Virus record (IMG/VR): IMGVR_UViG_3300045988_069679
Span: 1-63,599 of that record
DNA from: a virus
DNA length: 63,599 nucleotides
Direction: 5' to 3' (one strand)
The translations under genes and the position numbers were made by a program. The first letter of the stretch is position 1, and each line of letters opens with the position of its first letter. Under the pieces are notes generated by a model, which did not search any database, was not told where the DNA came from, and worked only from the letters and a program-made list of their open reading frames with translations. This document shows positions 52,373 to 59,837 of the stretch, in pieces.

Positions 52373-53331
52373 TAGCTGATTCCTCCTGCAAGGTCATTCT
52401 CTGTGCTACCATTGTTTGTTCTAATGAAGGCATCACCATCAGGAGTACCACCAAAGAGGTTGATATTACCTGTAGCAAGGTGTCTATTAGGTTTAAGATT
52501 ACCTTTGAAGATAGTATCTCCAGTTTGTTCCCAAGCTCCAGAGCCTTTAAGGTCTTCAAGTAGCTTAGTAAAAGCATCTTTAAGCTCATTGTACTGATTC
52601 ACAGTGACATAGTTATTAAGGTCAGGCTGAGGAATATCCACAGAGTTTCCATTAGAAATGGTTAGCCTATTGTTACTGATAGAGAGAGTCTGATTATCAT
52701 TATCCCTCTTAGCTTCAAGCACACCAAGTCTACGCTTAATATCTGCATCATTGTATGGTGTAGCTGTAGGAATATCTACCTCTCCACCTCCATTAGATAA
52801 TACAATCTTGTTACCACTCTTACTGATAGTTTGCTTATCATTAGGGAGAGTAACATTATTACCTCCATCAATGGATAGCACACGAGTGTTAGAGTTAAAG
52901 TTAAGGTTCTTACGAAGGATAGTATCATAGTTACCAATACCTTGTACTTTAACATTATCTCCACTAACCTCTATGATTTTCCAGATACCTCTATTGATAA
53001 CTGTTTGGTCAGCCCAATGGTCTTCTGCTGTGTCACCTACTTTAACTCCATCAGGGTTTCTAAAGTTGTTTTTCTTAACAGTGACTATAGTGTTTGATTC
53101 AGCTCTTCCTGGAATATCTCCATTGTAGAATCTGTGTGTAGAGCCACTAGGTAAGGCTACTGTGTTACCTCCACTAATTGTAAGGTTATTGCCATTCACA
53201 GACAATGATTGGTTATCCCTATCTTGCTTACTTTCTAAAGCAGTTAGTCTAGCCTTTAGTTGAGTATCATCATAGGCTGTCACAGTAGGTGTAGCTTGTT
53301 GTTCATTCTTGATATATGTAGTCTTTGACAT
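52372..53331 (-). CDS. Fibre protein (319 aa) with LTISNGN-type repeats and a conserved C-terminal NINLFGGTPDG...NDLAGGIS module
   Basis: ORF track; repeats NNLTISGGNTVALPSG, VLSIDGGNNVTLPNDKQT, RLTISNGNSVDIPQP. Confidence 0.7.
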   Translation of the reverse strand: MSKTTYIKNEQQATPTVTAYDDTQLKARLTALESKQDRDNQSLSVNGNNLTISGGNTVALPSGSTHRFYNGDIPGRAESNTIVTVKKNNFRNPDGVKVGDTAEDHWADQTVINRGIWKIIEVSGDNVKVQGIGNYDTILRKNLNFNSNTRVLSIDGGNNVTLPNDKQTISKSGNKIVLSNGGGEVDIPTATPYNDADIKRRLGVLEAKRDNDNQTLSISNNRLTISNGNSVDIPQPDLNNYVTVNQYNELKDAFTKLLEDLKGSGAWEQTGDTIFKGNLKPNRHLATGNINLFGGTPDGDAFIRTNNGSTENDLAGGIS

Positions 53332-54968
53332 TAGTTCAACCTCTGAATCTTCTCATATCTGTTATTGGTAGGGTTTTTAAGGTAAATACGGTTTTCTGAC
53401 GTTTGCATATAGAAACTTAAACCTGAAAGAGTTAGTGTGAGTTTACCAATAAGGGTTTCACCTTTTTTAACTTCAACCACAATAGGCTCTCCTGAGTCAA
53501 TCTCCTCTTTAGTTAGGAAGTGTGTATAATACTCTGTATGTGAGCTTAATTGTACACCCCAAACTAGTTTTGGTCTTATATTAATAACAACTTTATTATT
53601 AGAATCTTTCCAGATTGCAGTTATAATACTCTCAATTTTAATGTCCTTACTTAGCATTGCAAAGTTATTAGCAACTACAGTAGAAGCATCTGTTGAAGTA
53701 CCTGATATTCTAAAGTTATTCCCTGAAAAATCAGCGTTTGGTAAACCATCATACGTGTAGTTACCTGTGTAATTAAATACTATTCCAGCTTCTAAGAATG
53801 ACCCTGTTTGGGGAGTACCATCATTATCTACTGCATAGGCAATTCCATCTTTAAGACCAGAGTTATATCTTTTGTCAGGTGTAGCAGGTAATGCTCCATT
53901 ATTACCATTAGTACGGTAAGGACGTGAGACAATGGTATTAGTAGCCATATCAATACTAAAGTTATTATCACTATCAAGTAGTAGTCCATTACCTTTAGCT
54001 TTGTACTTGGTATCCTTATCCTCTTTTGCTTCTAGTGCATTAAGTCTATTGACCACAGAGGAATCATCATAAGGCTGTGTACTATTAGGTTGTGGTAGCT
54101 CTACCTCACCTCCGCCATTAGAGAGAATTAGTTTATTCCCTTCTTTTCTAATAGTCTGTTTGTCATTAGGTAGAGTTACATTATTACCATTAGAGATAGT
54201 TAACACACGAGAGTTATTGTCTAGTGTTAGATTCTGATTATCTCTATCTTGTTTGGCTTCTAAGGCATCAATTCTATCATATAGGGTCTTACCAGGGTAA
54301 GGTCTAGCTTCTAGGTCATCTAGCCTTCTCTTAACATCTCTATCATCATAAAGGGTATCCTTATCAGGTTTATCCTCTAAGGCTTTAACTCTAGCTTTTA
54401 AGGCTGTATCATCATAGGCTAAACTAATTGTGTCCTTATCCTCAAATTCAACCTCTTTAGGAGCACCATTCACAAAGGTATAGGTAAGCTTAACCTTATT
54501 CCCTTCCCTAGATACTGTCACACCACTCACAAAGTTATCAGCCTTATCTTCCACAGCTTGAATACGTCTACGGAGTTCAGCATCATTATACACAGTGTCT
54601 CTATCTTCTGGTAGGTTGATTGCATTACCATTGCTGATAGTGATTGTTCTACCATTGATTGAGAGGTTCTGTGTATCATTAGGAAGGGTTACTGTATTCC
54701 CTCTTGTAATTGTAAGCTCTCTTGTGTCATTATTTAATTCAAGATTCTGTGGCTTCTGTACCGTACCTCCAGCACCTCCCATAAGAATCCAATGAGTTCT
54801 ATCAGGAGATAAGGCATACATGTTTCCATCAGGAGTTCTGAATAAGTGGTCAAAGTCACCCATGAAAGGGTCAGGAAGACTATCCACAGGAGCAATCCAA
54901 GTGTCTTTAGGGTAAGTGCAATCTCTACAAAATGTATTGGGATTTCCTCCACAAGAATAACAACCCAT
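53331..54968 (-). CDS. Fibre / receptor-binding protein (545 aa); N-terminal GCYSCGG..FCRDC cluster, shared fibre modules, unique C-terminal domain
   Basis: The module NFVSGVTVSREGNKVKLTYTFVNGAPKEVEFEDKDTISLAYDD also occurs three times in the 1171-aa protein. Confidence 0.7.
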   Translation of the reverse strand: MGCYSCGGNPNTFCRDCTYPKDTWIAPVDSLPDPFMGDFDHLFRTPDGNMYALSPDRTHWILMGGAGGTVQKPQNLELNNDTRELTITRGNTVTLPNDTQNLSINGRTITISNGNAINLPEDRDTVYNDAELRRRIQAVEDKADNFVSGVTVSREGNKVKLTYTFVNGAPKEVEFEDKDTISLAYDDTALKARVKALEDKPDKDTLYDDRDVKRRLDDLEARPYPGKTLYDRIDALEAKQDRDNQNLTLDNNSRVLTISNGNNVTLPNDKQTIRKEGNKLILSNGGGEVELPQPNSTQPYDDSSVVNRLNALEAKEDKDTKYKAKGNGLLLDSDNNFSIDMATNTIVSRPYRTNGNNGALPATPDKRYNSGLKDGIAYAVDNDGTPQTGSFLEAGIVFNYTGNYTYDGLPNADFSGNNFRISGTSTDASTVVANNFAMLSKDIKIESIITAIWKDSNNKVVINIRPKLVWGVQLSSHTEYYTHFLTKEEIDSGEPIVVEVKKGETLIGKLTLTLSGLSFYMQTSENRIYLKNPTNNRYEKIQRLN

Positions 54969-55534
54969 TAGTTAATACCTCCTGCCAAGTCATTTTCAGT
55001 GCTTCCATTATTAGTACGGATAAAGTATTGTCCATCTGGTGTTCCACCGAACAAGTTAATGTTACCTGTGGCAATGTTACGATTAGGAACAAAGTCACCA
55101 TCTAGTCCACCTTGCCAAGCTCCACTAGCTTGTAAGTTATTTATAATCTTATTTAAAGCTCTCTTAAGCTTCTCATTCTCTGCTCTCAAATCAGCATCAT
55201 TGTAGGGTTGTGAAGGACTTGGAATATTCCCTGTAAAGCTAATAGTACCATCTTTAGAGATACTAATTAAGTTACCTGCTTTATAAGTAGGAGCAGTAGA
55301 ACCTCCACCTCCAGCATTATTAGCTAACCAACATAGCTGATTAGATACATTCTTATTGAAACACCACTGTGAGTAGGCAAACTTAGCTGTCTGGTCTACA
55401 ATCTCACACATTTGGCTATCCCTAAGAACTAGAGCGTGCATTTTAATTTTATCATCATTCTGTGCTAAGAGTGATTGGCAAGCTGTCTTACCAACTACTA
55501 TATCTTCACACTGACAGTTTACACAATCTGACAT
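54968..55534 (-). CDS. Cys-rich adaptor-domain protein (188 aa) ending in the NINLFGGTPDG...NDLAGGIN module
   Basis: N-terminus SDCVNCQCED..ACQSL...MCEIV...QWCFNK..LCWL. Confidence 0.7.
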   Translation of the reverse strand: MSDCVNCQCEDIVVGKTACQSLLAQNDDKIKMHALVLRDSQMCEIVDQTAKFAYSQWCFNKNVSNQLCWLANNAGGGGSTAPTYKAGNLISISKDGTISFTGNIPSPSQPYNDADLRAENEKLKRALNKIINNLQASGAWQGGLDGDFVPNRNIATGNINLFGGTPDGQYFIRTNNGSTENDLAGGIN

Positions 55535-56829
55535 TAGTTATCTCCTAAACAATCAAAATCACATGACATTAAGTCACATTCTTCTATAGGGGGTATAGGT
55601 TTTGGAGGTTCATGAAGGTCTACAGTTTCCCCTCTAAAGTTATTACCAAAGAAGTCCATTACCCAGTTACTTGGCTCTTCTGCATCACCATTCTGTTCTG
55701 TGGCATCAGGAGCACCACCTATAATCTCAAAATCAATCTTGGTAGCCACACCAGCCATAAGCATAGACCCTTTAGGTACAGATTCCTCATATTCATAGGC
55801 ATTATTGTAGGTACTCTTGAAATATGCTCCATCTTTTACAATATCAGCATCATTAGGAATACTATAGATAGTTTGGCTGTTATTAAAACTTGCTTTAAAA
55901 CTTTGCAACCAGTCAATATCACTGATAACCATTACATTCATAAGGTTAAGAGGTGCTCCACTATCATCAGTAAATTCAAAAGAACCTCTAACTTTATAAA
56001 TCTTATACATATCAAAAGATATACCACCAGAAGAGCTATAGATTTGTAAGTATCTATCACTAAGACCAGTCTTGTAGAAAGACTCTCCTCCAGCTTTAGA
56101 GAAGAACTCACTGACAGTTATTTTTACATGCACATTCTTACCAGAGGTAGTTCTAGCTACATTTCTTAGTGTGTAGGTTAAACCTGGAGCTAATTCACTT
56201 CCTAGGAATTTATGAGCTTTGTTATCTCTTCCAAAGCCTATACCTCCTACCACATAGTCCACACCCTCTTTAGAGGTTGCTAGTGAGAACTTAGAGTAGT
56301 AATCATAACTACCAGCTCTTGAAGGGTCAAAGTCACCAGAGATATAAATACCGTCTATCTCTTGCTTGTTAGGGTCATTCTTCATTTCCTCTAAGCGCTT
56401 CTTAGCTTTCTCTAATCGTTTGAGCTGTTCTTCATAGATGGCTTTAGCTTCGTTGTAGATACCTCTTTTATCATTAGGAGTATTAGGCTCTTTCTGCTTG
56501 TACTTCTTAATCATGTCCTTGTTACGCTTCACTGTGATTGAGTTAGCTTCAAGGATATTAGCTTTCATACAATGTAGGGTTACACACAGTGATTTAATCT
56601 TCTTCTGTAAACACACCATACGTTGCATTACATCACAGATAGTCTTGATAATCTTTCTTAATCTACACCAAAGCCTAAATACACCCTTCTGTGTATTAGG
56701 AACAATATCACACTGCTCAGAGTCTTTGATTATATCACCAGCACGCTTAATATCTTCTTGTGATTCATTTTTGTCACAGTATTTACCAGTGATTACTTTA
56801 TCATCACAACGACAATCACAAACGTCCAT
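55534..56829 (-). CDS. Cys-rich adaptor domain fused to a coiled coil and an adhesin/lectin-like domain (431 aa)
   Basis: ATG 56829 has AGGAGG 4 nt upstream. N-terminus VCDCRCDDK..YCDK...QCDIV...LWCRL..ICDVM..VCLQ..LCVTLHC. C-terminus ECDLMSCDFDC. Confidence 0.7.
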   Translation of the reverse strand: MDVCDCRCDDKVITGKYCDKNESQEDIKRAGDIIKDSEQCDIVPNTQKGVFRLWCRLRKIIKTICDVMQRMVCLQKKIKSLCVTLHCMKANILEANSITVKRNKDMIKKYKQKEPNTPNDKRGIYNEAKAIYEEQLKRLEKAKKRLEEMKNDPNKQEIDGIYISGDFDPSRAGSYDYYSKFSLATSKEGVDYVVGGIGFGRDNKAHKFLGSELAPGLTYTLRNVARTTSGKNVHVKITVSEFFSKAGGESFYKTGLSDRYLQIYSSSGGISFDMYKIYKVRGSFEFTDDSGAPLNLMNVMVISDIDWLQSFKASFNNSQTIYSIPNDADIVKDGAYFKSTYNNAYEYEESVPKGSMLMAGVATKIDFEIIGGAPDATEQNGDAEEPSNWVMDFFGNNFRGETVDLHEPPKPIPPIEECDLMSCDFDCLGDN

Positions 56830-56837
56830 AAGACCTC

Positions 56838-57200
56838 CTAGCACTTATCACAGCTAACCTCACAAGGAGTAACTGGTTGTTCTTTTAATACACTCAGAAC
56901 CTCTGCAATACTGTCATTCTGACATTTAACAGTACCACACAAGCTATCTACTTTCTTTTCTAAGCACTCTAGCTTTCTAATGATATAGCACAAGAAACCT
57001 ACAATGTTTTTGATTACACACCACACACCATAGAAGGCTTGTCTAATAGCTTCTTGAAGATTACACCACTCAGAGGTTGAGATTTTCCTCATTGCTGGTC
57101 TAATCTTTAGGTCATTTAGCTCTAGTAACTTAGCACAGTTCTCTGGTCTTGGCTCAACTTTCTCACACTCACAGTGCTTATTTAAACAGTTATCTGCCAT
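56838..57200 (-). CDS. Stand-alone Cys-rich adaptor-domain protein (120 aa, 13 Cys)
   Basis: ADNCLNKHCECEK..NCAKL...EWCNL...VWCVI..FLCYI..LECLE..LCGTVKC...PCEVSCDKC; Cys counted from the supplied translation. Confidence 0.7.
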   Translation of the reverse strand: MADNCLNKHCECEKVEPRPENCAKLLELNDLKIRPAMRKISTSEWCNLQEAIRQAFYGVWCVIKNIVGFLCYIIRKLECLEKKVDSLCGTVKCQNDSIAEVLSVLKEQPVTPCEVSCDKC

Positions 57201-57403
57201 TATTCATTCTCTTTCTTGTATGTGATATTAGACAGTCCTAAGACTGTTCCCAAGAATGTATTAAAGGCTGTGAGGACTACCACAGGGGTAGTCATCTCAT
57301 AACCTAATTGCACTCCTACCACACCAATAAAAGTAATGAAGGCAGGTAGCGCTGTAGTTGCTATAAATTTAGCAATATCATAATACTCATTACTTAATCT
57401 CAT
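57200..57403 (-). CDS. Small two-TM membrane protein, holin-like (possibly Dp-1-type holin family)
   Basis: 67 aa; TM1 FIATTALPAFITFIGVVGVQLG, TM2 VVVLTAFNTFLGTVLGL; charged C-terminus. Family assignment is from memory. Confidence 0.5.
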   Translation of the reverse strand: MRLSNEYYDIAKFIATTALPAFITFIGVVGVQLGYEMTTPVVVLTAFNTFLGTVLGLSNITYKKENE

Positions 57404-57418
57404 TTATATTCTCCTTGC

Positions 57419-57896
57419 TTAGTATGCTCTAGGAAATGTTACATTTGTAATTTCACTTGGATTTGTACTAGGACTTACTCTATGGTTTACATAACCTATA
57501 AAGCTAGAATTTTCCTCGTGTATAGTATTGACAAACTCATTACCTTTATGCTCAGTTCTAGTGTAAGCATAAACTAATACCCTAGTATCATTTACATCTT
57601 CATCATTATGTAAGTTTACTCTTATTTCTAACTTATCCTCTTCTGTAAGCACAGCCCTTATACTTAATAAATCAGTATTACATACATAAGGGATATTTTG
57701 GAAACCTATATAGGATTCATCAACAAAACATATAGGGTATAAAACTTTATTTTTGATTACCTCAAATTTTAATCTAAGGTAGTATCTATCCTCAATACTA
57801 TTTACAAATTTAAATAAGTTGTATTTGTATATTGGTATTAGTGTAAAAGAGTAAACTGTAAACTTTTCATGGGTTTTATATTTTTTTTTCAGACAT
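57419..57896 (-). pseudogene. Gene interrupted by an A9 tract. ATG 57896 reads 6 codons to a stop, and the +1 frame continues open into ORF 57419..57652. The restored product is 158 aa.
   Basis: Codon-by-codon translation of 57653-57898 shows no stop and no start codon. SD AGAGG lies 6 nt before the ATG at 57896. Span length 478 nt = 3n+1. Confidence 0.7.
57881..57889 (-). repeat. Homopolymer A9 (T9 on the plus strand) at codons 3-6 of the interrupted gene
   Basis: Read directly: ctgAAAAAAAAAtataaa on the minus strand. Confidence 0.95.
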
Positions 57897-57905
57897 ACTT
57901 AACCT

Positions 57906-58436
57906 CTAAGCATATAATCCAACAAAGTTGATAATGAATCTCTTACCAATCATAGCTTGTGTAAATCCTGTACTTCGTACCTTACCACCTCTATCCAACC
58001 AGAAAGAGATAGGTTCATTTCCAATGTACTGTTGAATCTCTAAGAACTCAATAGGAATAGGTGCTCCTGACGGTAATTCAGCAATCACAGCACTATGACC
58101 AATAGTACCTCTCACAAAACCGTCTACCTTAAAGATTCCAAAGGAGTTTACTGGGTTGTGAGATAGCACAGGAGGTCTATTATCATAGTTAAAAATATTA
58201 GGTACATTGAATCTACCACTATACTTTGTTAGTGTTTGTGCTTTCTTATTATTTTCAGCAATAGCCTTATCTACTTCACCCTTTGTGTAGTGCTTTTCAA
58301 AGGCTACATCAGCATTGATTGTGAATACCTCTTCCCCATTCTCTTGTGACTTAACCACAGTAAGTCCATCAGTAGTAGATTTTAGGTTGTAGAGTGTATC
58401 CTTATCTTCTAATTTATTGTAGTTCTTTGTTGTCAT
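57906..58436 (-). CDS. Receptor-binding knob candidate (176 aa), paralogue of 59381..59776
   Basis: N-terminus MTTKNY. The C-terminus GKRFIINFVGLYA parallels NRRMIINIVGLWSYTE, a C1q/TNF-like terminal strand pattern. Confidence 0.6.
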   Translation of the reverse strand: MTTKNYNKLEDKDTLYNLKSTTDGLTVVKSQENGEEVFTINADVAFEKHYTKGEVDKAIAENNKKAQTLTKYSGRFNVPNIFNYDNRPPVLSHNPVNSFGIFKVDGFVRGTIGHSAVIAELPSGAPIPIEFLEIQQYIGNEPISFWLDRGGKVRSTGFTQAMIGKRFIINFVGLYA

Positions 58437-58690
58437 TAAAGTCCTACTTTCTCTTTGATTCTTTCAATTTCAGCATCTTGTGTTTCTAGGACTAATTTAA
58501 GTTGCTCTGTAATTTGTGAGTTATTCACAGAAGTACCATTCACTCTAGTCAAGGTAAAATACTTATCATCTATCTGTGTTTCTTCATATTGATTGAAGCA
58601 AGTTTGTACAGTAGTGTGTAGTTCATTTACCTTATCCCACAGAGGTTCAAGACCTGTCTTATCTATTACTTTAAACTCTTTACTTGCCAT
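58436..58690 (-). CDS. Small coiled-coil protein (84 aa)
   Basis: ORF track; one-base coupling to both neighbours. Confidence 0.6.
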   Translation of the reverse strand: MASKEFKVIDKTGLEPLWDKVNELHTTVQTCFNQYEETQIDDKYFTLTRVNGTSVNNSQITEQLKLVLETQDAEIERIKEKVGL

Positions 58691-58691
58691 A

Positions 58692-59384
58692 TTATACCTT
58701 ATCTAACTTACCAGTAGGGTATGGGTCATCAGTGAACCATGAAGCACTAGAGAAACGTACATCATTGAAGGGTTCAGTAGGAATTACCTCATCAAAAATC
58801 AGTCTCATAAAGTTGGAATCATCAGTTCCTCCAACATACCAACTACCATATACCTTTTGTTTAGTTTGGTCATCTTGGAAAATCATTCCTTGTTGAGAGT
58901 ATGTAGCTCTAAACCCTTGAATAATATCACCTGGAACAATAATTCTACAACCTCTATCAGCTTGGTGATTCTGAGGAACATATCCTGGCTTACCTCTACC
59001 AACAATACCTAATCTACCAAAAGAACCACCAACTACTTTAAAGGTTACAGTATCATTCACACGTCTCATAGCAATATACTGACCTTTAGGTACACTTACT
59101 GTCTTCATCTTAACCCAACCAGTGTCACCTCGTAAGATTTTCCAACCTGTATTACCACCTTCTGATGTCTTTATCCACTTCACAGCACCATTGGTTACAT
59201 CTAAGTCGATATATGTAGTACCTATATGTCCTGTAACTTTACCTTCTGGGAATCCATGACCACTAAGCTCAGTAGGTAGTTCCACAGTATTACCATTACT
59301 AATAGAAAGGTTCTGACCATCTAAGGAAAGTGTTTGATACTCTTTTGATGGCCCTTGAGCTATATTATAATTTTTACTTGTCAT
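58692..59384 (-). CDS. Fibre / receptor-binding protein (230 aa)
   Basis: Start MTSKNY chosen by analogy (ATGA overlap). NLSISNGNTVELP repeat; GHGFPEGKVTGHIGTTYIDL..GAVKWIKTSEGGNTGWKILRGDTGW is typical of Gram-positive phage fibre proteins. Confidence 0.65.
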   Translation of the reverse strand: MTSKNYNIAQGPSKEYQTLSLDGQNLSISNGNTVELPTELSGHGFPEGKVTGHIGTTYIDLDVTNGAVKWIKTSEGGNTGWKILRGDTGWVKMKTVSVPKGQYIAMRRVNDTVTFKVVGGSFGRLGIVGRGKPGYVPQNHQADRGCRIIVPGDIIQGFRATYSQQGMIFQDDQTKQKVYGSWYVGGTDDSNFMRLIFDEVIPTEPFNDVRFSSASWFTDDPYPTGKLDKV

Positions 59385-59776
59385 TCTGTATAACTCCATA
59401 ACCCTACAATGTTAATAATCATTCTTCTATTGAACACAGTAGATATATCACCTTTAATATGACTAATCTGAACTTCTCTTGAATTTTTCTCTATGTATAA
59501 GGCAAAAGATACTTCTCCAATATTGACAGATTCTTCTATTAGCTCTACAGGAGTAGGTGTGTTTCCTTCAATTACACCAAGTTTTTGTCCACTTTGGTAT
59601 GTCCTAGCAAGAGAAAAATCGCATTTAGCAATGCCAAACCCTGTGGCATCATTGTAGAATAATTTAGATTTTCCAGCACTTTGGCTGTTTTGAAGAGTAA
59701 GTTCTGTATCATAATATGTTATATCAAAAGTTTTTAGAGTAGGGTCTCCATATTTAATATAATTTTTAGTTGACAT
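59381..59776 (-). CDS. Receptor-binding knob candidate (131 aa)
   Basis: N-terminus MSTKNY. The start codon abuts the (TA)10 tract and has no SD. Confidence 0.6.
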   Translation of the reverse strand: MSTKNYIKYGDPTLKTFDITYYDTELTLQNSQSAGKSKLFYNDATGFGIAKCDFSLARTYQSGQKLGVIEGNTPTPVELIEESVNIGEVSFALYIEKNSREVQISHIKGDISTVFNRRMIINIVGLWSYTE

Positions 59777-59795
59777 ATATATATATATATATATA
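59775..59795. repeat. (TA)10 dinucleotide microsatellite running into the ATG of 59381..59776
   Basis: Read directly: 21 nt of alternating A/T. Confidence 0.95.
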
Positions 59796-59810
59796 CCTTG
59801 TTATAATAGT

Positions 59811-59833
59811 TTAAAGGGGGAATAAACCCCCAC
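59811..59833 (-). terminator. Hairpin GGGGG-tttatt-CCCCC followed by TTTAAA, after the 1171-aa gene
   Basis: Read on the minus strand, a few nt downstream of the stop codon at 59838-59840. Confidence 0.5.
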
Positions 59834-59837
59834 TAAA

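Noticed and set aside
57860-57896. -1 programmed frameshift on the A AAA AAA heptamer
   Set aside because: The -1 frame (equivalent to A10) runs into a stop after about 20 codons (MSEKKNIKPMKSLQFTLLH-stop). Only +1, or loss of one A, joins the long open frame.
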